The translations under genes and the position numbers were made by a program. Below the pieces are notes generated by a model that ran no database searches, was not told where the DNA came from, and was given only the letters and a program-made list of their open reading frames with translations. Positions 25,445-35,034 of a stretch of 54,944 nt of DNA are shown here, one piece after another; the first letter of the stretch is position 1, and the number at the start of each line of letters is the position of its first letter. Origin of the DNA: a virus (lineage: Duplodnaviria > Caudoviricetes). Location of the stretch: positions 1 through 54,944 of the IMG/VR virus record IMGVR_UViG_3300043465_001344. One strand, 5' to 3'.

Positions 25445-26884
25445 ATGCTGAAGCTCCGCGAGACTGACCAGCTGCCCCGACTGGCCTTCTACATCGGCCA
25501 GAGGAAGTGCATGGATCTATCCGACCCCGGCACCGGTAAGACACCGCCGGTGTGCGTCAACATGGGCCGGCGGGTACAGGACGGCATGAAGACGGTCTGG
25601 GTCCAGCCTCTGGCCCTGATCGAGAAGAACATCGGCGAGGTGATGCGCTGGACCGGGCTACCCCGGTCGGCCATCGCCGTCCTCGACGGCACCCCGGTCA
25701 AGATCCAGAAGGAGATGACGAAGGGGGCGCAGATCTTCATGGTCGGCCCCGACCGGTTCAAGACCACCTACGGGGCCATCCACCAGCAGGGCGTCCGGGC
25801 CATGGATACCGACGAGCACCACATGTGCTTCGGCGGGGCCACCAGCGCCCGCACCACCGCCTTCCTCGAACTGGCGAAGCACACCGAAGAGAGTGTGTTC
25901 ATGACGGGCACGATGATCAACGGCCGGCTCGACACCGGCTACTCGGCCATCGCGGCCATCAGTCCGCGCTACTATCCCTTCGGCTACGAGCTGTCGTTCC
26001 TCTCCGAGCACGCCACGCTGGACGACTACGGCCGGCCGATCTTCTGGTCGGGCCACGAGAAGCTGAAGCAGATCTTCGGCACCCACGGCATCCGCTTCAC
26101 CTTCGAGCAGATCTTCGGGCCGCAGTCGGTGGTCCGTGAGGTGCAATGGGTCTCGATGCACCCGAAGCAGCTAGCCCTGTTCAAGGAGTTCCGCGAGCAG
26201 GCTTTCCTCGAACTGGAGGACTTCTTCATCGACGGCTCCCAGCCGGGGCCGGCCATGATCCGTGCCCGCCAGTTGATGGAGCACCCGAACTTCTTCCCTG
26301 ATCTGCGTGACCCCGACCACAAGCTGGGCCTGCCACCGGTCGACGTCATGCCCGGCGAGCTGCCGGGCAAGGCCGAGGCCCTGCGGGTCCACTTCATCGA
26401 CCACAAGCTGACTGGCAAGCCGTTCCTCCTGTTCGCCGCCCTCATCCCCCAGCAGCGCCAGATATTGGAGCTGGCTCAGGCCGAGGGTCTACGCGTCGCC
26501 TTGATGAACGGGTCGATGAGCCGCGCCCAGAAGAACCGGGTGGACGAGGCCTTCCGGGCTGGCGAGCTGGATGGTGTCATCGCCACCCCGGGCGTCGCCT
26601 CGGTCGGCTTCAACTGGCAGTACTGGGGACCATACCGGCAGGAGGTTGACCACGTCATCAACGTCAGCCTCGGCTACATGGACAGCGACTTCGTCCAAGG
26701 CTACCGCCGCACCATCCGCGAGAAGCGCAAGCGTCCGCTGCGGATCACAACTCTTGCCTACTACGACAGCCTCGATCCGCGCTTCATGCAGATTTTGGAG
26801 ACCAAGTCGAAGGACGCCCACCGCGTCGATCCGACCCGGGAAATCCTGCAGTTCAACTCCTACGAACAAAAGCATGATGTCTAG
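25445..26884 (+). CDS. SF2 (SNF2/DExH-like) DNA helicase
   Basis: LRETDQ Q-motif, DPGTGKT, DTDEHH, MTGT, GVASVGFN, QGYRR. The true start is 25445, not 24761. Confidence 0.85.
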   Translation: MLKLRETDQLPRLAFYIGQRKCMDLSDPGTGKTPPVCVNMGRRVQDGMKTVWVQPLALIEKNIGEVMRWTGLPRSAIAVLDGTPVKIQKEMTKGAQIFMVGPDRFKTTYGAIHQQGVRAMDTDEHHMCFGGATSARTTAFLELAKHTEESVFMTGTMINGRLDTGYSAIAAISPRYYPFGYELSFLSEHATLDDYGRPIFWSGHEKLKQIFGTHGIRFTFEQIFGPQSVVREVQWVSMHPKQLALFKEFREQAFLELEDFFIDGSQPGPAMIRARQLMEHPNFFPDLRDPDHKLGLPPVDVMPGELPGKAEALRVHFIDHKLTGKPFLLFAALIPQQRQILELAQAEGLRVALMNGSMSRAQKNRVDEAFRAGELDGVIATPGVASVGFNWQYWGPYRQEVDHVINVSLGYMDSDFVQGYRRTIREKRKRPLRITTLAYYDSLDPRFMQILETKSKDAHRVDPTREILQFNSYEQKHDV

Positions 26885-26995
26885 TAGACAACACGGATTT
26901 CGGGACTTGAGGCAGCCCGGAAAGTAGTATCAAAGTCCTCTCTCGGCGGCCAACCGGTCGGCGAGATCACTTTCAAAAACAGAGACAGAAAACAA

Positions 26996-27748
26996 ATGAG
27001 CGACGCTCTCGAAAACATCAACGCCCAGATCGCTGCCGCCCGTGCTAACGCCGGTGCGGTCATCCAACAGGCCGCTGATGCCCCCACCCCGCCCGCCGTC
27101 GGGCAGGGCTTCCAACCCCCCGCAGCCTCCAACGCCGTCCAGCCGGGTCGCCCCGTCTCGCTCGGTGAGCTCCTCGCTCAGGGCGGCATGCGGGTCGATG
27201 TCTATCTGAAGGCCGACAAGACCGGCTTCCTGCTGGGCACCGACGCCAAGAACCCGCAGGAGGAACTCGAGGTCGAGTTCAAGCTGTCCGATGTCGTGCC
27301 GTTCTTCGGCCTGCGTTGGGGCTCGACCCCGGCCAAGTACCTCCGCTCCTTCGACCGTCTCACCGAGAGCCGCACGAAGAAGCCGTGGGCCGATTGCGTG
27401 GCCGAGGCCATGCGCTCCGACGACCGCTGCCGCGGCGACTACGCCTCGGCGGACATCCCCTTCACCTACATCGGTGAAGACGTCGTCGCCGCCAAGGGCG
27501 AGGCCGGCAAGGTGCTGCTGGCCAAGGGTCAGTCGCTGGGCCTGACCCTGTCGATCACGAACTTCAAGGAGTTCGCGAGCTTCATCAAGCCCTACGACGA
27601 CCTGAAGGCTGCCGGCCAGATCCCGGCTGACCTGATGCTGCGCGGCAAGCTGGTCCACAAGGAAGCCACCGGGGGCGGCAACGTCTACGGCAAGGCCAAC
27701 TTCGTCGACTTCATCGCCGTGTCGCGGTCGGCGGTCGACGAGGGGTAA
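26996..27748 (+). CDS. hypothetical protein, candidate ssDNA-binding/annealing protein
   Basis: Lies between the helicase and the 5'-3' exonuclease/PolA, has its own terminator and a strong codon bias. Function is inferred from context only. Confidence 0.5.
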   Translation: MSDALENINAQIAAARANAGAVIQQAADAPTPPAVGQGFQPPAASNAVQPGRPVSLGELLAQGGMRVDVYLKADKTGFLLGTDAKNPQEELEVEFKLSDVVPFFGLRWGSTPAKYLRSFDRLTESRTKKPWADCVAEAMRSDDRCRGDYASADIPFTYIGEDVVAAKGEAGKVLLAKGQSLGLTLSITNFKEFASFIKPYDDLKAAGQIPADLMLRGKLVHKEATGGGNVYGKANFVDFIAVSRSAVDEG

Positions 27749-27774
27749 CCCCCTCCACACCTTCGACCCTTGGG

Positions 27775-27803
27775 AGGGCGGCGGTTTCGGCCGCCGCCCT
27801 TTT
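27775..27803 (+). terminator. Rho-independent terminator
   Basis: AGGGCGGCGGT-TTCG-GCCGCCGCCCT-TTT. Confidence 0.8.
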
Positions 27804-27821
27804 CCTTGTCTGGAGACCACC

Positions 27822-28058
27822 ATGTTCGACTACCTCATCTCGTTCGCCTACGGCGCAGGTTTCTTCGCTGCCCTGATCGCCTTCTACATCCTTGTCCTCG
27901 TCGGCTTGGCCTACACCAGCGGTTGGCGGTCCCGCATCTGGCACAGCTGGCCCCACTCGGTGCGCGGCATCGTCAAGATCGTGGGCTGGACCGCTCTGAT
28001 CGTCTTCTTCGTCGTCCTCGCTGCGGTGCAGGGCGCTGACATCCGCGACACGATCTGA
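27822..28058 (+). CDS. two-TM membrane protein
   Basis: GGAG SD, two hydrophobic helices. Confidence 0.65.
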   Translation: MFDYLISFAYGAGFFAALIAFYILVLVGLAYTSGWRSRIWHSWPHSVRGIVKIVGWTALIVFFVVLAAVQGADIRDTI

Positions 28059-28852
28059 TGCAAAAGATCGTCCTCTACGACAGCCTCTCCTACCTGCGGG
28101 TGCAGCTGGAGACGACCAAGCTGCGCGACTTCCTCGTGGGGTGTCTGAACCAGACGGCCAACCCCTACGACCTACGCATCTGGGTCTGGGATGGCGAGGG
28201 GGCGAACAAGGCGCGGCGGGCTCTGTTCCCTGCCTACAAGACCCGCACCAAGCCGAAGGGCAGCGTCACGCGCGACCTGAACTTCGTGCGGGAGCTGATG
28301 GGCTACACTGGCTCGTGGCAAATCCGGGTGCCCGGGTTCGAGGGCGACGACGTGATCGCCGCCCTGACCGAGCACTTCCTGTCCACCACCAGCCTGCCGA
28401 TTAACATCGTCTGCCGGGACGCCGACATCGCTGCGCTCTGCGCCCTGTCGCCCCGCGTGACCTGCACCTTCGACCCCAAGATGCCCTTCGAGGACATCCG
28501 GCTGTACAAGACCACGGTCGGCGACCCCTCGGACACCATCCCGGGCATGAAGGGCTTCGGCAAGGGCGGCTGGGAAGAGTGCGACAAGGCCGGTCTGCGG
28601 ACCCTCATCACCACCCTGCTCGACGAGCGCCGTCCTCTGGCCGACGATGAGGTCACCCGCGCACTGGCCATCGGCATCCGCCCGGGCACCTGCAACTGGC
28701 TCAAGGAGCAGGCCAACGTCGACGAGCTGGCTGTCATGCGCCGGATCATCGACCCGCTGCCCGTCCCGCGGGACACCATCAACCAACACCTGAAACAGGG
28801 CGTGCGCGACGAAGCCACGCTCTACCGCCTCTGCACGGAGTATATGTTGTGA
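28058..28852 (+). CDS. 5'-3' exonuclease / flap endonuclease
   Basis: VWDG, RRALFPAYK, EGDDVIA, DAD, GDPSDTIPGMKGFG (H3TH). Confidence 0.88.
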   Translation: MQKIVLYDSLSYLRVQLETTKLRDFLVGCLNQTANPYDLRIWVWDGEGANKARRALFPAYKTRTKPKGSVTRDLNFVRELMGYTGSWQIRVPGFEGDDVIAALTEHFLSTTSLPINIVCRDADIAALCALSPRVTCTFDPKMPFEDIRLYKTTVGDPSDTIPGMKGFGKGGWEECDKAGLRTLITTLLDERRPLADDEVTRALAIGIRPGTCNWLKEQANVDELAVMRRIIDPLPVPRDTINQHLKQGVRDEATLYRLCTEYML

Positions 28853-29112
28853 CCGACGACCAAGCTCACATCGACCAGATGATTTCCGAGAAGCAGCACC
28901 CGGGTGACCGGATGTTTGTAGTCGGCGACGCCCACTTCGGCCAGCCTGCCGAAGTCCGCTACGAGACCGTCCGTGGCGTCACCATGCCCATCGAGCCGGG
29001 CATGTCCAAGCTGCGCATCGAGATCGAGCGCAATAAGGCCCGCAAGCGCATGAAGGAAGACGACCGCAAGCTGGCCCGCATCGAGCAGGCGATCAGGGAG
29101 CAGCAGAAGTGA
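28849..29112 (+). CDS. hypothetical protein
   Basis: GTGA overlaps on both sides. Confidence 0.55.
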   Translation: MTDDQAHIDQMISEKQHPGDRMFVVGDAHFGQPAEVRYETVRGVTMPIEPGMSKLRIEIERNKARKRMKEDDRKLARIEQAIREQQK

Positions 29113-31871
29113 TCCGCACAGTCCTCGTGGACCGCCGCAGCATCGCGGAGGAGGGTCCGAAAATCCTCGCGGTGATGGCCGCGGCCAAGGGCCTCGTCGG
29201 CATCGACTGCGAGACGCAAGACGACGCCCGGCACGACGGCCTCAACGCCTTCATGAAGGTCAACGAGGAGACGCGCCACAAGGCCAAGAACAAGCGCCTC
29301 GTCTTCGACATGCGCCGCACGGTGATGACCGGCTTCTCGCTCTACCCCGAGGGCCACGACGTCGCCTACTACATCAATCTGGCCCACGCCGACGTCGAGA
29401 ACCGGCTGGCGTGGGAGGAAGTGAAGCCCTTCCTCGACGCCAAGCCGGGCAGCGTCCTGTGGGTCGCGCACAACGCACCCTACGAGCTGACCGCCTTCAT
29501 GGCCTGCCACAGCTACGCGCTGGAGAACATCACCTGCACTATGCAGATGTCGGTGTCGGCCTTCGGCGACGACAACTACGACAAGCGGGAGTTCTGGGCT
29601 CGCGACCTCGGCCCGATCAAGATGCACCTGCAGCCGCTGCTCATGGCCGCGATGGAGACGCAGCCTTCGGACCTGATCCCCGACGAGGATGGTGAGGAGA
29701 CCCGGCGCTTCAGCCGCAAGGTCGACGAGATCATCGGCAAGATCACCTCGAAGACCGCAGACAGCGACGGCTCCTACAACGGCTATGTCTATGACATGGC
29801 CTACGGCCACGGCCTGAAGAACCTCGTCAAGAAGTTCTTCGGCGTCGAGATGACCACCTTCGACGAGGTCATGAATGGCAACGCCCACATGGGCATGCTG
29901 ACCGGCGATGAGGTCGTCGAGTACGGCGCGGACGACGCCTACTGGGTCGTCCCTCTCTTCCATCGTCTGATGCAAGAGCTGGCTCTGAACAGCCCCAACG
30001 CGCTGGGGACGTTCTTCGAGCAAGAGAACCCGATGATCCATGTCTACTCGGACATCTGGCTCGACGGGATGCGGGTCAACAAGCCCGCCATCGATGAACG
30101 CCGGGCGCTGGAGCGCGTCGAGTTCGCGAAGCTGCTGCGTGAACTGAAGCCGGCCATCCGCGCCCTGCTGCCGTTCGAGGACGGCCCTGAACGCGAGCTG
30201 GCCAAGCGTCAGGACTGGTACTTCAACCCGGACAAGCCTGATGCGGCCTGTGGCTACCACAAGTACCGCAGGCAGTGGGAGGATTGGGCCAACAGCCCCG
30301 ACAGCGCCGACGACTACGAGCAGTGCATCCAGATCTCGTCGCCCGTCGGCAACGCATGGATGATGGACCGTGAGGGCGTCGAGCTCAAGGCTTCGGCCAA
30401 GGCCAAGATGCTGTCGATCACCCACTACATGCCGGTGCGGGTCCTGCTCTACGACCTGATCCGCGCCAAGATGATGTTCGACAAGGGCAAGATCCAGTCG
30501 GATGGCGAAGCGCGCGGCAAGGTGCAGGACTGGCTGAAGCAGAACCAAGTCGACAACGCCGAGGCCAAGCTGAAGGTGATCGAGGTGATGACGGCCATGG
30601 CCGGCGTCGAGCAGCGCATGAAGCTGTACCTGACCCCCTACACCTTCCTCACCGACCCCGAGACGGACCGGATGTATCCGACCGTCAACTGCCTGCTGAA
30701 CACGCTGCGCCTCGCCGGCTCGACGCCGAACCTGATGCAGCTGGCCAAGCGCGGTGAGAGCACCTACGTCCGCGGCTTCTTCCTGCCGGACTACGACGAC
30801 CACGTCCTCGTCTCGCTCGACTGGTCGGCCTTCGAGCTGGTCATCATCGGCGAGCTGTCGGGCGACGAGGAGTTCGCCAAGGCCTTCGGCCAGCTGCCGC
30901 ACCAAGACATGCACCTCGGCGCGGCGGCCGACATCTTCCGGGCCGAAATCCCGTGGATGAGCGAGGAGATCTTCAAGACCCTGAAGAACTACCAGAGCCC
31001 GGACGACTTCCAGAAGGAGTACGGGTGCAAGGCCTTCGAACGCGACCGCCTCTTCACCAACCTGAAGGGCGAGGCGATGACCGGTGCCAAGGCCGCCAAG
31101 TACTGGCGGACCGAGATCGGCAAGGGGGCCAACTTCAACTACTGGTACTCGGGCTTCCTGACCACCGTCGGGCAGCGCATGGGTTGGGGTCTGCAGCGTA
31201 CCGGGGAGGCGACCGAGTTCTATCGGAACCGCTTCTGGGGCGGCGAGCAGTGGCGTATGGACACGATCCAGCACGCCGAAATCCACGGCTACGTCGAGCG
31301 CCTCGATGGTCACCGTCGGTTCCGCTACGAGGCCACGGAGGAGTGGATCCAAGCGTTCTCGGCCAAGTGGCCGGACGCGCAGGAGCTGCGCCCCATCGTC
31401 CGTGAGATCTGCCGCCGCATCAACAAGCGGGCCAAGAACCAAGCGGTCAACGCACAGGTTCAGGGCACCAACGCCTTCATCATCAAGCGGTCGATCCTTC
31501 GGCTGAAGAAGATGCTGGCCGAGGCCGGCTGGACGAAGCGTGAGGCCAACTTCAAGATCCCCGTCCACGACGAGAAGGTCTGGTCGGTCCACAAGGACCT
31601 CGTGGTCGAGTTCATCACGATGGCCCGCATGGTGATGATGTCGCACGACGACATCTTCAAGACGTTGAAGCTGGACGCCACACCGGCCGTCGGCCTGACC
31701 TTCGAGCCTTGGAACGGCGACAAGCCGATCAAGGGCCAGATCGGCCAGATCGAACTGTTCGAGGCCCCGAAGCTGGACTTCCTCCCCGAGAGCGCATGGG
31801 GCGGGCGTCTCAATGACGACCAGACTAGATCAGTCGTCGAGTTCTTGATGCACCAGAGGCAATCAGCATGA
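29109..31871 (+). CDS. polA: family A DNA polymerase with 3'-5' exonuclease
   Basis: ExoI IDCET, AHNAPYE, YGADDA; motif A LDWSAFEL, motif B RTEIGKGANFNYWY, motif C VHDE. Confidence 0.92.
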   Translation: MIRTVLVDRRSIAEEGPKILAVMAAAKGLVGIDCETQDDARHDGLNAFMKVNEETRHKAKNKRLVFDMRRTVMTGFSLYPEGHDVAYYINLAHADVENRLAWEEVKPFLDAKPGSVLWVAHNAPYELTAFMACHSYALENITCTMQMSVSAFGDDNYDKREFWARDLGPIKMHLQPLLMAAMETQPSDLIPDEDGEETRRFSRKVDEIIGKITSKTADSDGSYNGYVYDMAYGHGLKNLVKKFFGVEMTTFDEVMNGNAHMGMLTGDEVVEYGADDAYWVVPLFHRLMQELALNSPNALGTFFEQENPMIHVYSDIWLDGMRVNKPAIDERRALERVEFAKLLRELKPAIRALLPFEDGPERELAKRQDWYFNPDKPDAACGYHKYRRQWEDWANSPDSADDYEQCIQISSPVGNAWMMDREGVELKASAKAKMLSITHYMPVRVLLYDLIRAKMMFDKGKIQSDGEARGKVQDWLKQNQVDNAEAKLKVIEVMTAMAGVEQRMKLYLTPYTFLTDPETDRMYPTVNCLLNTLRLAGSTPNLMQLAKRGESTYVRGFFLPDYDDHVLVSLDWSAFELVIIGELSGDEEFAKAFGQLPHQDMHLGAAADIFRAEIPWMSEEIFKTLKNYQSPDDFQKEYGCKAFERDRLFTNLKGEAMTGAKAAKYWRTEIGKGANFNYWYSGFLTTVGQRMGWGLQRTGEATEFYRNRFWGGEQWRMDTIQHAEIHGYVERLDGHRRFRYEATEEWIQAFSAKWPDAQELRPIVREICRRINKRAKNQAVNAQVQGTNAFIIKRSILRLKKMLAEAGWTKREANFKIPVHDEKVWSVHKDLVVEFITMARMVMMSHDDIFKTLKLDATPAVGLTFEPWNGDKPIKGQIGQIELFEAPKLDFLPESAWGGRLNDDQTRSVVEFLMHQRQSA

Positions 31872-32062
31872 GTGAGCGCGAGTTCCCTATTGAACCCCAC
31901 GGGGTCGCCTACGATTGCGACGAGTGCGGAGAAGAGATGAAGCCAGCGAGCATGACGATGCGGATGACTAATCCGCCCCAGATGGCTCACGAGTGCCCCG
32001 CCGGGCACATCATCTGGCTCACCGAGCGGTACCCCACCGTCCGTTGGAGGCACCGGGCATGA
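31868..32062 (+). CDS. small Zn-ribbon protein
   Basis: CDECG...HECPAGH...YP. Confidence 0.6.
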   Translation: MSEREFPIEPHGVAYDCDECGEEMKPASMTMRMTNPPQMAHECPAGHIIWLTERYPTVRWRHRA

Positions 32063-32379
32063 CGTTCGGCGAGTACATCGAAGACCTGTCAGCGCAGGGT
32101 AAGGCGAAGGGGCAAGACTTCGCCTACGCCGTGCGCTGGCAGCTCGACCCGGTCTCGAAGGAGAACACCCCGCTCGAAGCTGACGTGCGCTGGCTCGACG
32201 CCGGAGGGCACATGACCGAGTGGCCGGAGCGCACCACGGACCAGATGCGAGCTCTCGGGCAACATTGGGACGAGAAGTGGACCTTCGTCCGCTGCGCGGT
32301 CCAGCCACCCCGGAAGACCATCAGCCTGAAGCCGGGCAAGTTCCTGCCGGCCATGCCCAATATCGAGATCGAACGATGA
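32059..32379 (+). CDS. hypothetical protein
   Basis: GGAGG SD, ATGA overlap. Confidence 0.55.
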   Translation: MTFGEYIEDLSAQGKAKGQDFAYAVRWQLDPVSKENTPLEADVRWLDAGGHMTEWPERTTDQMRALGQHWDEKWTFVRCAVQPPRKTISLKPGKFLPAMPNIEIER

Positions 32380-32819
32380 CCAAGAACACCGGCAAGCCGT
32401 CGGAGGAGATCTTCGACACCCACTTCACCCGCCTCGGCAAGCGGGCCTACGTCCACAAGTTCACCGACGCCTCCGAGGTGACGGGCATGAACAAGGGCCG
32501 GGTCGGCTCGGGCTTCGTCAACGTCAAGGCGCAGCCCGCGGACCGGCTGGTGGTTCTGGACGGCCAGATGTTCTTCGCCGAGGTGAAGTCGTCGGTCGCC
32601 GAGCACGACCGGTTCGACTTCAAACTGCTGAAGAAGGGTCAGAACGCCGCCGGCGCTCAGGCTATCGCAGCGGGCGGGGCCTACTGGGTCTACTACCACC
32701 ACATCGCCACCGACGAGTGGTTCCGCTTCCCCTACGGTGTGGTCTTGGCCGCCAAGGCCGCCGGCCAGTCTTCCATCCCCCTCGCAATGATGCGAACCAA
32801 TATGATCTGGGTACCATGA
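32376..32819 (+). CDS. PD-(D/E)xK nuclease, Holliday-junction resolvase-like
   Basis: SEEIF...QPADRLVV...FAEVKS. Confidence 0.7.
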   Translation: MTKNTGKPSEEIFDTHFTRLGKRAYVHKFTDASEVTGMNKGRVGSGFVNVKAQPADRLVVLDGQMFFAEVKSSVAEHDRFDFKLLKKGQNAAGAQAIAAGGAYWVYYHHIATDEWFRFPYGVVLAAKAAGQSSIPLAMMRTNMIWVP

Positions 32820-33415
32820 CCGACGCGCCTATCTGTTCCTACTACGACATCATGACGGACATCGAGACGACCGGCACCCGGCCGGACCGTCACCACGTCA
32901 TGTCGCTGGCCGGTGTGGCCTTCAACTGGCACGAGGGTCAGGTTTCCCCCGACACCTTCTACGTCACCATGGCGATGCCCGGCTGGCGCAGCTGGGACGA
33001 GGACACCCGGGCGTGGTGGTCGAAGCAGAAGACCGAGACGTTCGCCGCCGCGACCGAGAACCCCGTCAGCCTCACGGAGGGTATGTGGCGCTACCAGCAG
33101 TGGGTCCGTAGGGTCACCGGGGTGCTGGACGCCCCGAGGCTCTGGGCCAAGCCAATCAGCTTCGAGTGGCCGTTCATCGAGAGCTGCTTCCGTGACGCCG
33201 AAGTGGACAACCCCTTCCACTTCCGAGACTGTATCGATATGCAGAGCTTCATCAGGGGCATGCGGATGAACCCGGCCGCTCCTGCGTTCGACAAGCAGGT
33301 TCCGTTCGTCGGCAACGAGCATCATGCTCTCGATGACACCCTGCACCAGATTGTGGTCACCCTGACCGCAAAGGCGAAGTTCGCCACCACCCCGAAGGAG
33401 ACTACCGATGACTGA
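32816..33415 (+). CDS. DEDDh 3'-5' exonuclease
   Basis: TDIETTG, WAKPISFE, CID, HHALDD. Confidence 0.8.
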   Translation: MTDAPICSYYDIMTDIETTGTRPDRHHVMSLAGVAFNWHEGQVSPDTFYVTMAMPGWRSWDEDTRAWWSKQKTETFAAATENPVSLTEGMWRYQQWVRRVTGVLDAPRLWAKPISFEWPFIESCFRDAEVDNPFHFRDCIDMQSFIRGMRMNPAAPAFDKQVPFVGNEHHALDDTLHQIVVTLTAKAKFATTPKETTDD

Positions 33416-33800
33416 CAAGAAGGCCCCGCCCGCGCCTCCCGCGCCTCCCGCGCCTCCCGCCACCCCCGTGATCAAGTTCGGCAACCCCGACAGCGTCAAG
33501 CCCGGCCAGCTGTTCAACACCTATCGCCTCGGCGACAAGTGGGCCGACGCCGTCCAGAAGGACGACGTGGTCACTCTGGCCAACACCGATGGCCAAGGCT
33601 TCGGCACCGCCGAGGTCGTCTCGGTCCACTCCGGCCAGTGGGATGCCGTCAAGCCGTTCGCCAGCGACAATCACGAGGTCGCGCACTTCGGGCCGGCCGA
33701 GGCCGCCGAGCTGCTCTACGACAACCTGCGTCGTTACTATCCCGACGACATCAAGGACAACTCGCGCTTCACGGTCCTGTACCTGCGTCGCGTTTCCTGA
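33408..33800 (+). CDS. ASCH/PUA-like protein with an N-terminal (PPA)n linker
   Basis: FNTYRLG...DVVTL...GTAEVVSV; 9-bp tandem repeat CCCGCGCCT x3 at 33429-33455. Confidence 0.45.
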   Translation: MTDKKAPPAPPAPPAPPATPVIKFGNPDSVKPGQLFNTYRLGDKWADAVQKDDVVTLANTDGQGFGTAEVVSVHSGQWDAVKPFASDNHEVAHFGPAEAAELLYDNLRRYYPDDIKDNSRFTVLYLRRVS

Positions 33801-33848
33801 CCGCCTCTGGCCGCCCTCCGGGGCGGCCAGCCACCCTGTGAGAAGACC

Positions 33849-34829
33849 ATGATCAAGATCCTTGGAGACGTCCACCTTGGCAAACGGTGGAAGAACGGCG
33901 TGAGCCTCGCTCGCCGCGGCGACCGCGAGAGCCTGCAGTGGGCCGAGTTCGAGGCGAACCTGATGGACGTGGCCGGCGTTACGCACCACATTCAGGTCGG
34001 CGATCTGTTCGACGAGGCCATCGTCCCCTACGGCGTCATCTGGCGGGCCGCGATGGCTTACCAGAGGGCGGCCGAGGCCAACCCTCACTGCTCCTACATT
34101 CTCTACCGTGGCAACCACGACGCCAGCCGCGACGTCGAGAAGGTGACGGCCTTCCAGATTTTCTCGGCCATCGTGGGCGAAGCCGTCATGGTCGCTGCTG
34201 ATGAGCCGTTCATGCTGGTGATTGACAGCGAGCGACACGTCTTCATCCCGTGGCACCCGGTCCTGTCGGCCGGCGAGATGATCCTCGAGCATGAGAGCCT
34301 GATCCGCGGTGCGGACGTGGTCTACGGCCACTGGGACGTCGACCGCCGGCAGATCGAGAGCACCAACTACATCCCGGCCGTGACCCTGAAGGCGCTGGGC
34401 GTCAAGCGGGCCGTGACCGGCCACGACCACAACAAGCGCGACGAGGTGATCGAGGGTCTCGACGTCCACGTCACGGGGTCGATGCAGCCCTATGACCACA
34501 GCCAAGATGAGGATGAACGCCTCTATGTGACGAGGGATCTGGCCGACGTCCTTGCGAACCTCGACGGCTTCAAGGACAAGCATCTCCGGGTGCGGCTGCA
34601 GCCGGGGGAGGTGCTCGATGTACAGGTTGATTGCCTCCAGCTTACTCAGGTCCGAGATGGCCAAGAGGAGGAGGTTGTGGCGCTGGATGTTGAGTTCGAG
34701 CCATTCGACTTCGAGGCCCTGCTCAAGCGGGCCATCGACGAGGTCGGCCTCGGCGAGACCGTCGCCACCGCCATGCGAGAGCGCCTGAAGGAGCACCGGC
34801 TCCACGAGGATGACCAGAATGTCGGATAA
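33849..34829 (+). CDS. SbcD/Mre11-like metallophosphoesterase nuclease
   Basis: GDVHLG, GDLFD, GNHD, GHW, GHDH; upstream of the SbcC-like gene. Confidence 0.85.
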   Translation: MIKILGDVHLGKRWKNGVSLARRGDRESLQWAEFEANLMDVAGVTHHIQVGDLFDEAIVPYGVIWRAAMAYQRAAEANPHCSYILYRGNHDASRDVEKVTAFQIFSAIVGEAVMVAADEPFMLVIDSERHVFIPWHPVLSAGEMILEHESLIRGADVVYGHWDVDRRQIESTNYIPAVTLKALGVKRAVTGHDHNKRDEVIEGLDVHVTGSMQPYDHSQDEDERLYVTRDLADVLANLDGFKDKHLRVRLQPGEVLDVQVDCLQLTQVRDGQEEEVVALDVEFEPFDFEALLKRAIDEVGLGETVATAMRERLKEHRLHEDDQNVG

Positions 34830-35034
34830 CGCCCCTGCTATCGGGCTACTGACCTACTGCGTCAACAATCTCACCATCATCACCGACGGCGAGCGCAGCC
34901 TGCTGCGCGAAATGCTCGCCGCCGCCCACCGAAACACCCTCCACGAGTGGGGGCAGGCGAACCTGCCCCGCGCTCTTGAGGTGCGACGGTTGTTCGACAA
35001 GATCAAGGCTCACCTCAATGCTACATCGTCTTAA
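34819..35034 (+). CDS. hypothetical protein between the SbcD- and SbcC-like genes
   Basis: GAGGA SD; overlaps both neighbours. Confidence 0.5.
   Translation: MSDNAPAIGLLTYCVNNLTIITDGERSLLREMLAAAHRNTLHEWGQANLPRALEVRRLFDKIKAHLNATSS

Noticed and set aside
29109-31871. Intein or intron in PolA, helicase or NrdA
   Set aside because: The ORFs are continuous and of ordinary size, with no intein terminal motifs or LAGLIDADG blocks seen.
33429-33455. 9-bp tandem repeat as a contingency locus
   Set aside because: It is in frame, has three copies, and simply encodes a Pro-Ala linker.
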